Of a DNA stretch of 52,923 nt, positions 40,565-49,177 are shown one piece after another (the first letter of the stretch is position 1; each line of letters starts with the position of its first letter). The notes beneath the pieces were generated by a model. It saw only the letters and a list, made by a program, of their open reading frames with translations, searched no databases and was not told the origin of the DNA. The stretch is from contig CAJXFW010000001.1 of the NCBI GenBank assembly GCA_913053655.1, forward strand, positions 1-52,923. Direction: 5' to 3'. The translations under genes were made by a program, and so were the position numbers. Source of the stretch: an uncultured Thiogranum sp. (GTDB lineage Bacteria > Pseudomonadota > Gammaproteobacteria > DSM-19610).

Positions 40565-41161
40565 CTAGATTTCGCCGCGTCCGGAAAAAGCGTGCGCGAG
40601 CGTACCGCTGTCGATGTATTCCAGTTCGCCACCCATCGGTACGCCGTGTGCGATACGCGTAGTGCGAATGCCCTGCGCACGGGCCAGTTCACTGATGTAC
40701 TGGGCGGTGGCTTCACCCTCGACCGTGGGGTTGGTTGCCAGGATCACTTCCTTCAGCTGACTGCTGACAAAGCGTTCATCGAGCCGGTCGAGTCCGAGTT
40801 GCTCCGGTCCGATACCATCCAGCGGCGACAGGTGTCCCATCAGAACAAAATAACGCCCCCGGAAATCCGTAGCCTGCTCGATAGCATCGACATCGACGGG
40901 TGTTTCTACAATACATAATAGGCCCGGGTCACGGCTATCGCTGGCGCACAGCGTGCATAACTCGCGTTCGCACAGGGTATGGCACTCGCTACAGTGACCG
41001 ATGTCATCCATCGCCTGCACCAGCACCCGCGACAAACGCCGGCCACCGTCACGGTCGCGTTCCAGCAGGTGAAACGCCATACGTTGCGCCGTTTTATTGC
41101 CAACGCCGGGCAGACACCGCAGTGCCTCCATCAGCCGGCTGATCAGGGGTGATGCAGACAT
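40565..41161 (-). CDS. recR: Recombination mediator RecR
   Basis: [12 protein letters not shown]4 zinc finger, [17 protein letters not shown]. Confidence 0.97.
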   Translation of the reverse strand: MSASPLISRLMEALRCLPGVGNKTAQRMAFHLLERDRDGGRRLSRVLVQAMDDIGHCSECHTLCERELCTLCASDSRDPGLLCIVETPVDVDAIEQATDFRGRYFVLMGHLSPLDGIGPEQLGLDRLDERFVSSQLKEVILATNPTVEGEATAQYISELARAQGIRTTRIAHGVPMGGELEYIDSGTLAHAFSGRGEI

Positions 41162-41171
41162 AGGTTTCCGG

Positions 41172-41495
41172 TTAGAACGGCAACTTCATACCGGCCGGAA
41201 GGTTAAGGCCGTCCGTCATACCCGACATGCGTTCCTGGGTAGCGGCCTCGACTTTATGCGTAGCGTCATTGATGGCTGCAGCGATCAGGTCTTCGAGCAT
41301 ATCCTTGTCGTCTCCCACAAGGCTGTCGTCAATCATCACACGGCGTGCTTCATGCCGGCCGGTCATGGTCACCTTTACCAGGCCACCACCGGATTCTCCG
41401 GTCACTTCCATACTGGCGAGTTCTTCCTGCGCCTTTTGCATATTGGCCTGCATTTCCTGGGCCTGTTTCATCAGGTTTCCAAGTCCACCTTTCAT
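41172..41495 (-). CDS. ybaB: YbaB/EbfC nucleoid-associated protein
   Basis: [28 protein letters not shown]; ATG at 41495. Confidence 0.96.
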   Translation of the reverse strand: MKGGLGNLMKQAQEMQANMQKAQEELASMEVTGESGGGLVKVTMTGRHEARRVMIDDSLVGDDKDMLEDLIAAAINDATHKVEAATQERMSGMTDGLNLPAGMKLPF

Positions 41496-41514
41496 ACGTG
41501 TTCCACCTCGGTTT

Positions 41515-43221
41515 TCAATTGTCGACGGGGCGAATGCTTTCCGTGTGCAGGGTAGCATCAAACGCCTTCTGTATAGCTTTCACATTCGGGTCATCTGTAA
41601 TGGCGGTCACTGCATCCGCCTGGCGCATTGCATCTGTACGACGCTGCTGCTCTGCAGGCGTGTTGTCGATACTTTGCTGCATTTCGATAGCAAGGCTCAG
41701 CTTGACCTGCAAACAGTCGCACAACAATTTTTCCAGGCGCTGCAAGCGCTCCTTGCTGAACAGTTGCTGGTGATTACTATCCAGCACCAGCTGCCAGCGA
41801 CCATCCTGCCGACTCTGTATCGAACAGTTCATGGCCAGTTCGCGCAACATGCCTTTGAGGTGCATGGCTTCTATCAGTACCGGCCAGTCAGCATCAGCGG
41901 AAACTGCGACCGGTTGCGCTGTCTCACGCTGCGCAGCAATCTTAGGGAACCTCTGACTAATTCCATCACCGTCATCCCGGCGTATGCCGGGATCCAGTGT
42001 TTTCAACGTACCGGATGCCGGCCTTCGCCGGCATGACGAATTAATCAGAGCTTCCTTGGTTGTTTGACTCTCGCCAGCCGCTGGTTTCTCTGCTGCTTTA
42101 GACACCTGCCTGGCAGGTGTCTCAATCTGCCCCGGCGCAGCCGGTCGAAATGCCAGCATGCGTAGCAACACCATTTCCAGGCCACCGCGCAGATCCGGCG
42201 CCAGTTGCAGATCACGCCGTCCGATCAGGCCGATCTGGTAATACAGCTGCACATCTTCGGCAGCCATACGCGCCGCAAGTTCCAGCACTTTTTCACGTTC
42301 GTCCAGCTGCTCATCCACGGCGTCGGGCAGGGTTTGTGCAACAGCAATGTGTTGCAGACAGGTCAGCATTTCGGCAAGCAGGGCCTCGTAGTCAGGCGCC
42401 TGCTGCGACAGACGATCAATAATGTTCAATATTCCCGCGCCATCGGCACCGGCCAGCGCCTCCAGCAGCTCGACTACCTGCCCGCGCTCGATGGTACCAA
42501 GCATGGTACGCACCTCCGCCTCGTGCACCGCACCGCCACCGAAGGCAATGGCCTGATCCAGCAGGCTGAGCGCATCGCGCATACTGCCGTCAGCTGCGCG
42601 TGCCAGCAGGCGCAATGCCGCGCTGTCGGTGTCCACTTTTTCGGCGTCCAGCAAGTACTGCAGATGACCTGTGATCAGCGGCATCGTCAGGCGCTTGAGA
42701 TTGAACTGCAAGCAACGCGACAGCACCGTAGCGGGCAATTTTTTCGGATCGGTGGTGGCCAGCAGAAACTTGACGTGCGGTGGTGGCTCTTCCAGTGTTT
42801 TCAACAGCGCATTGAAACTGTGCGCCGACAGCATGTGGACTTCGTCGATCAGATAGACCTTGTAGCGTGCATGCGTCGGTGCGTACTGGACGTTATCCAG
42901 CAGCTCGCGGGTATCCTCGACCTTGGTGCGGGAAGCCGCATCCACTTCGATCAGATCCACGCAGCGGCCTTCGTCGATCTCCAGGCAGCTCGAACATTGA
43001 CCGCAGGGCTCGGCGCTGACGCCGGTTTCACAATTCAGGGATTTGGCAAAAATACGTGCAACCGTAGTCTTGCCCACACCGCGGGTGCCGGTGAACAGAT
43101 AGGCATGGTGCAGACGATCATGGTCCAGCGCATTGATCAGGGCCTGCAGGACGTGCTCCTGGCCCACCATTTCGGCAAACTTGCGCGGCCGCCATTTACG
43201 AGCCAGAACCTGATAACTCAT
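41515..43221 (-). CDS. dnaX: DNA polymerase III subunit gamma/tau with a 38-aa MITE-derived insert
   Basis: [22 protein letters not shown]; C-terminal tau domain. Confidence 0.97.
   Translation of the reverse strand: MSYQVLARKWRPRKFAEMVGQEHVLQALINALDHDRLHHAYLFTGTRGVGKTTVARIFAKSLNCETGVSAEPCGQCSSCLEIDEGRCVDLIEVDAASRTKVEDTRELLDNVQYAPTHARYKVYLIDEVHMLSAHSFNALLKTLEEPPPHVKFLLATTDPKKLPATVLSRCLQFNLKRLTMPLITGHLQYLLDAEKVDTDSAALRLLARAADGSMRDALSLLDQAIAFGGGAVHEAEVRTMLGTIERGQVVELLEALAGADGAGILNIIDRLSQQAPDYEALLAEMLTCLQHIAVAQTLPDAVDEQLDEREKVLELAARMAAEDVQLYYQIGLIGRRDLQLAPDLRGGLEMVLLRMLAFRPAAPGQIETPARQVSKAAEKPAAGESQTTKEALINSSCRRRPASGTLKTLDPGIRRDDGDGISQRFPKIAAQRETAQPVAVSADADWPVLIEAMHLKGMLRELAMNCSIQSRQDGRWQLVLDSNHQQLFSKERLQRLEKLLCDCLQVKLSLAIEMQQSIDNTPAEQQRRTDAMRQADAVTAITDDPNVKAIQKAFDATLHTESIRPVDN
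41946..42055. mobile_element. 110-bp palindromic MITE, copy 2 (in frame inside dnaX)
   Basis: TIR GGAACCTCTGACTAA / TTAATCAGAGCTTCC (13/15); flanks TTAG / TTGG; same length and structure as 39914-40023. Confidence 0.9.
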
Positions 43222-43265
43222 GAATAATCCGGTGACACTCTCTAATAGCGGTCAATTATAATGGA

Positions 43266-43377
43266 GGCGACCCGCACCAGCCACACCCCTACGCCCAGGT
43301 CCACTGCTGCGGCTGCTCCCTTCCGGGTCTGACCGGGTTCACAGTTTACTGTCGTGAGGGGACCGATACAGGCCACC
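43266..43377 (-). ncRNA. ffs: Signal recognition particle 4.5S RNA
   Basis: Minus-strand core GTCAGACCCGGAAGGGAGCAGC; long terminal helix GGTGGCCTGTATCGG / CTGGTGCGGGTCGCC; usual position upstream of dnaX. Confidence 0.93.
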
Positions 43378-43488
43378 ATAAAGCGTAAAAAACCGGCCTT
43401 CCCGGCCGGGGTCGGCATTGTAGCAACTCGTTGCGCGTTCAGCCATTTGCGAATAAATGCCAGCGTACCCGATCCTTATTTATTTTAG

Positions 43489-43591
43489 AGAACCTCTGAC
43501 TAATTCCTTTACCGTCATCCTGGCGTATGCCGGGATCCAGTGTTTTCAATGCCTTGGATTCCGGCATACGCCGGAATGACGTAGGAATTAG
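43489..43591. mobile_element. Palindromic MITE, copy 3 (right TIR eroded)
   Basis: TTAG-AGAACCTCTGACTAATTCC...GTCATCCTGGCGTATGCCGGGATCCAG...GCCGGAATGAC. Confidence 0.85.
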
Positions 43592-43603
43592 CAATGGATA
43601 ATA

Positions 43604-43628
43604 ATACCTGATAAAATTAGTCAACTAT
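43604..43628. promoter_or_regulatory. IscR type-1-like site upstream of the tusE/dsrC-like gene
   Basis: Reverse complement ATAGTTGACTAATTTTATCAGGTAT; shares TTGACTAATTT with the iscR upstream box. Confidence 0.65.
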
Positions 43629-43665
43629 TATCAGGCAGCAACAGAAACGGGAAGGAGCACTAACA

Positions 43666-44001
43666 ATGCAAGCACAAGTAGACGGTAAAGTCATCGAACT
43701 CAGCGAAGCCGGCTGGCTCAACAACCTGGACGAGTGGAGCAAAGACTTGGCGGTTGAAATCGCCAAAAACGAGAGGATCCCTGACCTCACCGAGGAACAC
43801 TGGGATATCATCAACCTGGCGCGGGAATACTTCCAGGACAATGGTGCCGTGGCCGAGCCCCGCAACTTCTCCAAATTGATGAAGAAGAAGTACGGCAAGG
43901 ACCGCAGCGACCAGAAATATATCTATAAGCTGTTCCCGACCGGGCTGATCAAATGCGCCAACAAGGTCGCCGGATTGCCACGCCCGAAGGGGTGCAGCTA
44001 G
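43666..44001 (+). CDS. TusE/DsrC-family sulfur relay protein
   Basis: LTEEHWDII, YIYKLFP, KVAGLPRPKGCS with penultimate Cys. Confidence 0.92.
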   Translation: MQAQVDGKVIELSEAGWLNNLDEWSKDLAVEIAKNERIPDLTEEHWDIINLAREYFQDNGAVAEPRNFSKLMKKKYGKDRSDQKYIYKLFPTGLIKCANKVAGLPRPKGCS

Positions 44002-44008
44002 ATGCGAT

Positions 44009-44701
44009 TTACCAGAGCTTTGGTATAGCGCCCCTGCCTGCCGGCGCCCGCGGATCGCGCGGTGTTCGCGACAAGGCAGGGGCGCGCCGATTCGGTGAGG
44101 GTATGGCGACCTCGCTGGTCATCTTCCGTGTCACCAGCAATTCGAAGCCCAGCTTCCGGGCTTCGGGCAGCGCGCTTGCCGGAATGGAGAAGACATTCAA
44201 CCGGCCGGTAGAAGCCCCGCACATGGTGATATGCATCCGGCCATCGCTACCCTTGCGTTTGGCTTTAACCTTGATTCCGTTTTCCGTCAGCTCTCTGGCC
44301 ATGTCCGCAAGGGAAATCTCCTTGCCACGATCACACTGCAGGCTTCCATCATATTTATAAACTTCGACAACCGGGCGGTCGAACACCCAGATACCGAAGC
44401 CAGGCGCATCCGGGTACTTCCCTAGAAAATTATTCCAGTCGCCGGCATCCACCACGAGGAGGCTGGCCTTGCCAGTCGGAGTGCCACAGGCACTGGATAC
44501 CCCGAAAGGCACGGATCGGGAAGTGCTGGAAATCACCTTCACACCTGCCCGTTTCAGGGTATCCGCAGCCTGGACCGGGGTGGTAACCTCAGTCACCTGG
44601 CAGTGAATGGAACCGTCGAGCTGATAAACACTGATCGTCTCATCCGCCAACGCAGTACTCGCAAAAACCCCTAGTGAGACAACAAGAAACTTTCTTAACA
44701 T
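44009..44701 (-). CDS. Secreted hypothetical protein with two copies of a Cys-pair domain
   Basis: Signal peptide ending ALA; repeats VYxxDGSxxC...LxxxGxKV...CGxxTG; ATG at 44701. Confidence 0.75.
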   Translation of the reverse strand: MLRKFLVVSLGVFASTALADETISVYQLDGSIHCQVTEVTTPVQAADTLKRAGVKVISSTSRSVPFGVSSACGTPTGKASLLVVDAGDWNNFLGKYPDAPGFGIWVFDRPVVEVYKYDGSLQCDRGKEISLADMARELTENGIKVKAKRKGSDGRMHITMCGASTGRLNVFSIPASALPEARKLGFELLVTRKMTSEVAIPSPNRRAPALSRTPRDPRAPAGRGAIPKLW

Positions 44702-44875
44702 GGCGGTTACTCTCATAACTGGATGTCCTGTACAGAACAGTTTAAACCAAAGCACAGCCCGTTGCCCAACCAGCGGCCGATGCCCTACAATTAATGGTGG
44801 CAGAAACGTTAATCCGCTTTTCACCGCCCGGATGAATTGGTGCACTTACAACAAAATGATATGGCTGGACAGATA

Positions 44876-45328
44876 ATGTATTCACGGACCCCTGCACCTG
44901 CACTGCGACTGATTCTTTTATTGTGGGTAGTGTTATTACCGGCAGCGTCCGCTGCGGAAAATACTGGCCAGCCACCACTCCTGGAAAAGCTCGAAGCGCT
45001 TGCCGGAGTATCGGCCGGCCTGGTGCGTGAGGCGCGCTCGGCACAGGCTAAAGCGACCCCCTTCCGCATAGCAGTAACGCTTTACAAGGAGCGCCTGCGC
45101 ACCCTCATGCTGGACAACCGGAAGATTAGTGACGAAAAGAACCGCATCCCGCAGGGTATCCTCGTCAACATGGTGCGTATGTCTGCGCTGCTGTATTCCG
45201 CCGCAGAGTGCAAAACCGGGCGCTACATTGTCTGCCCTCCCGAACTCATGAGAAAACTGACATCGCAGCAACAGTTATTGTCAAAGGATATTGATACCTT
45301 CAAAGTGACTTTAGACGGTGCCGGCTGA
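44876..45328 (+). CDS. Secreted helical hypothetical protein (Cx7C)
   Basis: Signal peptide ending ASA; TGATG stop/start overlap with the permease. Confidence 0.7.
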   Translation: MYSRTPAPALRLILLLWVVLLPAASAAENTGQPPLLEKLEALAGVSAGLVREARSAQAKATPFRIAVTLYKERLRTLMLDNRKISDEKNRIPQGILVNMVRMSALLYSAAECKTGRYIVCPPELMRKLTSQQQLLSKDIDTFKVTLDGAG

Positions 45329-46455
45329 TGTATCCCTGGATGATGGAATTTGCGCAGACCACCTGGGCCATTGTTCTTGAATCGGCCGCCTGGATTCTGG
45401 TCAGCCTGTTCTTCGCCGGATTGATTCACGAATTCCTGCCTTCCAGCGGCCTGAAAAAATATCTCAACCGTAAAGGCATGAGTGCCATGGGGAGCGCTGT
45501 TGCGCTGGGCGGGGTATTGCCCATCTGCTCCTGTGGTGTCATTCCTATATCCGTCAGCCTGTATCGTGCCGGGGTACGCATTGGACCGGTCATGGCCTTC
45601 ACAGCTGCCACGCCTATTATCAACCCGGCAGCTGTCATACTCAGCCTTGGATTGCTGGGCACACGCATAACACTGGCCTACATTCTACTCGGCCTGGTGC
45701 TGCCCTTTTTTCTTGGCACGATGACGGAACTGTTTGGCGACAAACGCGTTCCGGTCCCGGAAGAATCAGCCACAACGTCCGCTTGCTGCGGTGAAAGCAC
45801 TTGCCAATCGACTCCAGTAAAACAAACTGTTGGTGGGCGCGTGAGTTCAGGCTTGCGTTGGGGCTTCTTTACACTCGGCCCGACCATTGGCTTTTACCTG
45901 GCCATTGGCATACTGCTGGCCGGCGCGCTGAGTGTCGCCATTCCGCCCGAGTGGAGTGAGCGTTACCTGGGTGCCGATTCATATTTCGGCTTGCTGGCGG
46001 CCGCACTGCTGGGCGCCAGTATCTATGTGTGTGCCGTCGCCCATATCCCGCTGGTGGCGACCCTGCTCGCCAGCGGCGCCGGACCCGGTGCAGCAATCGT
46101 GTTCCTGGTCACCGGCACCGCAACCAACCTGCCGGAACTGTATGCCCTGTACAAAACTATCGGTAAACGCACCGTTATCATCTACACAACCAGCCTGGTT
46201 GTTGGGTCACTGCTGGCCGGTGCTGCTGTCAATCTGTGGCTGGGTGCCGAATTTACTCCGGTATTCGATCCACTGGCCAGCCTCGACCTGATTGAAACCG
46301 GCGGAAGCCTCTGGCTATCACCCGGCGCCCTGATGAATACACTGGCCGCCTGGGCAACGGTCACGTTAGCGGCCTGGGGTTTCTGGCTTCGATTTCGGCA
46401 GCGCTTTCTTGTCAGACGCCCGGCTGATGACTCCGGCTGTTGCGGCGGCGACTAG
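45328..46455 (+). CDS. DUF318/ArsP-like permease (SaoE/SO_0444-like)
   Basis: LPICSCGVIP, ATPIINP, YVCAVAHIP, ATNLPEL; Cys-rich loops ACCGESTC and GCCGGD. Confidence 0.85.
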   Translation: MYPWMMEFAQTTWAIVLESAAWILVSLFFAGLIHEFLPSSGLKKYLNRKGMSAMGSAVALGGVLPICSCGVIPISVSLYRAGVRIGPVMAFTAATPIINPAAVILSLGLLGTRITLAYILLGLVLPFFLGTMTELFGDKRVPVPEESATTSACCGESTCQSTPVKQTVGGRVSSGLRWGFFTLGPTIGFYLAIGILLAGALSVAIPPEWSERYLGADSYFGLLAAALLGASIYVCAVAHIPLVATLLASGAGPGAAIVFLVTGTATNLPELYALYKTIGKRTVIIYTTSLVVGSLLAGAAVNLWLGAEFTPVFDPLASLDLIETGGSLWLSPGALMNTLAAWATVTLAAWGFWLRFRQRFLVRRPADDSGCCGGD

Positions 46456-47409
46456 CCTTTGCCTGAGCGATGGCGCAAGGCTGTCTGAAAGCAAGGCATC
46501 CCACGCCGGAAGGCGTTTCTGAAACTCAGCCCGCTGCTCAACCGTCAACTTGCGCACCTGCATGCCCGAGTCTTCAAGTTTCTGCAGGGCTTCATCCTCG
46601 CGCCGTTGTGCATCTGCACGTTGCCATGGTGTCATCGCAGAAAGCGCCTTCACCAGCGCCGCCCTGTCCGTCTCGCTGCGTTTATTCCAGGCAGTCACGG
46701 GTGCTATCACTACCCAGCCCTGGTAACGGTGCTCGGTTAAACTCACATCCAGATGCACCCGATCCAGCCTTTCATACCAGAGTTGCTGCAAACTTGCCGA
46801 GCGGCTGCCGATCTTGCATTCGCGGAGCAGTTGTTCGCGCGTTTTCGGCTGTGCCGAACGGGTCCAGGCATCAAACGCCTTGAATTGCTTTTCCGCGATC
46901 GGGTCGGGACGCAGCAGGATAAACTCCATACCGGTGAGGTTGATGGCACGATCATAGCGACGGTTGCCGGACAGTACATGCATGCCTTCATCCCACAGGG
47001 CCAGCAACTCCCAGCCCCGCTGCCGCGCCTGTTCGCGCAGTAACTTGCCAAGGTCGTTATCGAAGGCCTGGTGTACTGCATTAATGCCGGAAAAGAAAAA
47101 CGGCAGTTCGAGAACTTCGAGTGCGGGCACTTGCGTCGCCAGACTGCGTAACGGCATTACCAGCAAGCCGGGTGCAGCCGTTCCGGGGCTTTGTTCACCG
47201 GGTCTGTCTGCGAGTTCCGGCTCTACTCTCAGGCCATTTTCCCCCGCGGCCTCCGCAAGATGGTTTGCGGCCGCCCAGGGAAGCTGATCGGATTCATGCG
47301 CTATGACCTTTAAGCGAAAGGCGGAAACGTCAACGGCGGCAGCCGGAACGAATGCCCCGGCTGCCGCCATCAGAATATAGAGAAGAATTCTCCGCAAAAA
47401 GTAACGCAA
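46366..47409 (-). CDS. Divergent TRAP substrate-binding protein (DctP-like)
   Basis: Signal peptide, LELPFFF, LLALWDEG, SLTEHRY. Confidence 0.75.
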   Translation of the reverse strand: MRYFLRRILLYILMAAAGAFVPAAAVDVSAFRLKVIAHESDQLPWAAANHLAEAAGENGLRVEPELADRPGEQSPGTAAPGLLVMPLRSLATQVPALEVLELPFFFSGINAVHQAFDNDLGKLLREQARQRGWELLALWDEGMHVLSGNRRYDRAINLTGMEFILLRPDPIAEKQFKAFDAWTRSAQPKTREQLLRECKIGSRSASLQQLWYERLDRVHLDVSLTEHRYQGWVVIAPVTAWNKRSETDRAALVKALSAMTPWQRADAQRREDEALQKLEDSGMQVRKLTVEQRAEFQKRLPAWDALLSDSLAPSLRQRLVAAATAGVISRASDKKALPKSKPETPGR

Positions 47410-47418
47410 TTGCCGTCT

Positions 47419-48699
47419 CTAGCGGGTAATCACCCCGCGCGGCGTCACTCCGCTTAGTGCAACATTCTGCACGACTTCCTGCAGCTCGTTGCTGATGACC
47501 GCGACCGTGTTGGCACCGGAACAGTTCACCACAAAATAACCACCATCGTTGGTGAAATCACCGGTGTGCGGCCGGCAACCGTCTGGTAAAGCGATACTCT
47601 TGGAGATCTGCAAGGTACTCAGATCGAGTACGTTGATCTCGCCCGGTATGCTCGGTGAGCCATTGGTAATGATATAGGCGTATTTTCCATCCGGCGTGAA
47701 CTCGCTGGTTTCGGGGGTAATACCGAGACCGTCAGCCTGGGTCAGCTTCTTGAGATGAACCGGGTTAGCCGGGTCGGAGACATCGACAATGGACTCGGTG
47801 CCAAACGGTGCTTCAAAGTTCTCTATCAGGGCCAGTTTGCCGTTGGTAGTTAACATAAAAGGTATCACCCGGTTGGCCGCGTCTTCCCTGGGCAGGGTAA
47901 TCTGGGCGATGACCTGCTTATTGTGAATATCCACACCGGTCAGGGTTTCTCCGCCGATGTCCGGTTCCCAGAGGTACTTACCGTCTGGCGTGATACTCAT
48001 ATCGCAGGGGCGCATCTTGCCTTTGGTTGAGGAACCGGCACTCGCATCGGGTGAAAGCGGTACTGTAATATGGGTCAGAATCTGACCGAAGGTACGGCTA
48101 TCCGGATCGATGTCGATTTCCTGTATTTCGTCGATCTCGCGTGCCGAGTTCCAGGCGGTCTTGTCTTTGGGCGACACACCGATGAAGTTGGAGCCGGCGG
48201 TTGGCAGGCCTGGCGCTACGCCCGCATAGGTATAGGTGTCGACAACTTTGCGGTTCTTGTCCTTGAGAAGGGCCTTTACATTTTTCTCGGCTTTGAGACC
48301 AATTACCTCGCCACTCAGCCCGGTCCACCACCAGTCATCCTCCTCACCCGGATACTGGTTGGCCGGCCAGGAGGTTTTGAACCCGACTGCTGCGTTTTGT
48401 ACTTCCTTGCACAAAATGCCGACTTCGCCGGGCATCCCGGCGTGGCGACCGTCATCGGAGGAATCATCATCCTCGCTACCCCTGACTTTGCAGCGAACCA
48501 GCGACATCGTACTGTCCCTGTTGGAAACAAAGATATTGGATTGTGCGCTGGATTCATTGTCGCTTGAGTCATCGTCGTTAGATGCGTTTGCGGTAGGAGA
48601 TCCAAGCAGGGAAAATACAACTACACCCAGGCCAACTGCTGTTACGTGCTGCATAGCAAGACTCCTCATGTGGCTGTGTTGTTTAATTTTGTGTGTCAT
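47419..48699 (-). CDS. Secreted YncE/YVTN-type beta-propeller protein
   Basis: Signal peptide ending ANA; blade motifs ITPDGKY, FTPDGKY, FTNDGGY, TPRGV. Confidence 0.8.
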   Translation of the reverse strand: MTHKIKQHSHMRSLAMQHVTAVGLGVVVFSLLGSPTANASNDDDSSDNESSAQSNIFVSNRDSTMSLVRCKVRGSEDDDSSDDGRHAGMPGEVGILCKEVQNAAVGFKTSWPANQYPGEEDDWWWTGLSGEVIGLKAEKNVKALLKDKNRKVVDTYTYAGVAPGLPTAGSNFIGVSPKDKTAWNSAREIDEIQEIDIDPDSRTFGQILTHITVPLSPDASAGSSTKGKMRPCDMSITPDGKYLWEPDIGGETLTGVDIHNKQVIAQITLPREDAANRVIPFMLTTNGKLALIENFEAPFGTESIVDVSDPANPVHLKKLTQADGLGITPETSEFTPDGKYAYIITNGSPSIPGEINVLDLSTLQISKSIALPDGCRPHTGDFTNDGGYFVVNCSGANTVAVISNELQEVVQNVALSGVTPRGVITR

Positions 48700-49043
48700 T
48701 CGCGCAAGCTCACCTCCTAATAGTAGGACAGCATGGCGCTATCGTCCAGCAGCGCATATACCGGATACCCGCGCAGGTTGAGTTCGGCAAGGCAGCCGGG
48801 AGTAGCGATATTATTTGTGGTAAATAACAATAGGTTAGTGACAATGGAATCCGTAACATCCGTCTCACGACTGTAACTCCGGCCACTTGCACAATCATTC
48901 GGAAATCCGGTAGCGTGAGTGTTAGCGGCATCACTCTACTTCGGCAAGCAAATTGCCTTCGATGCCATTCTGGAAAAAATCCACAAGCGTATGAGTGAAT
49001 TACAGGTTGGCAGCATGAGTCTTTTGCCTATGACAGGGGCCTA

Positions 49044-49162
49044 ATAATACCGTACGTAATATATTTTGGATTATTCCCTGGTTAGTATAATATTTATTAC
49101 GTACAGGATATTTTTATTGATTCGTGCCGAATATATTGCTATTATTTATCGTACGATATAAT
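49044..49162. promoter_or_regulatory. Three HipB operators with CGTAC(G/A) cores
   Basis: Cores at 49051, 49100 and 49150 with AT-rich palindromic flanks, e.g. TATCGTACGATA. Confidence 0.65.
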
Positions 49163-49177
49163 TATTGGGCTGCAAAG

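Noticed and set aside
42060-42300. Programmed -1 frameshift site in dnaX
   Set aside because: No A-AAA-AAG or long A-run in the linker; the only nearby run (GAAAAAG) is too short and lies inside domain III.
43439-43624. 61-aa ORF similar to part of DnaX
   Set aside because: It is the open frame of MITE copy 3, not a gene duplication.
45326-45330. Selenocysteine read-through next to the SaoE-like permease
   Set aside because: The TGA overlaps the next ATG (translational coupling); no SECIS-like hairpin or redox motif is evident.
48943-48957. Sigma-54 promoter (GG-N10-GC, palindromic GGCAAGCAAATTGCC)
   Set aside because: Lacks the TGGCAC context and is about 240 nt from the nearest start; too weak to call.
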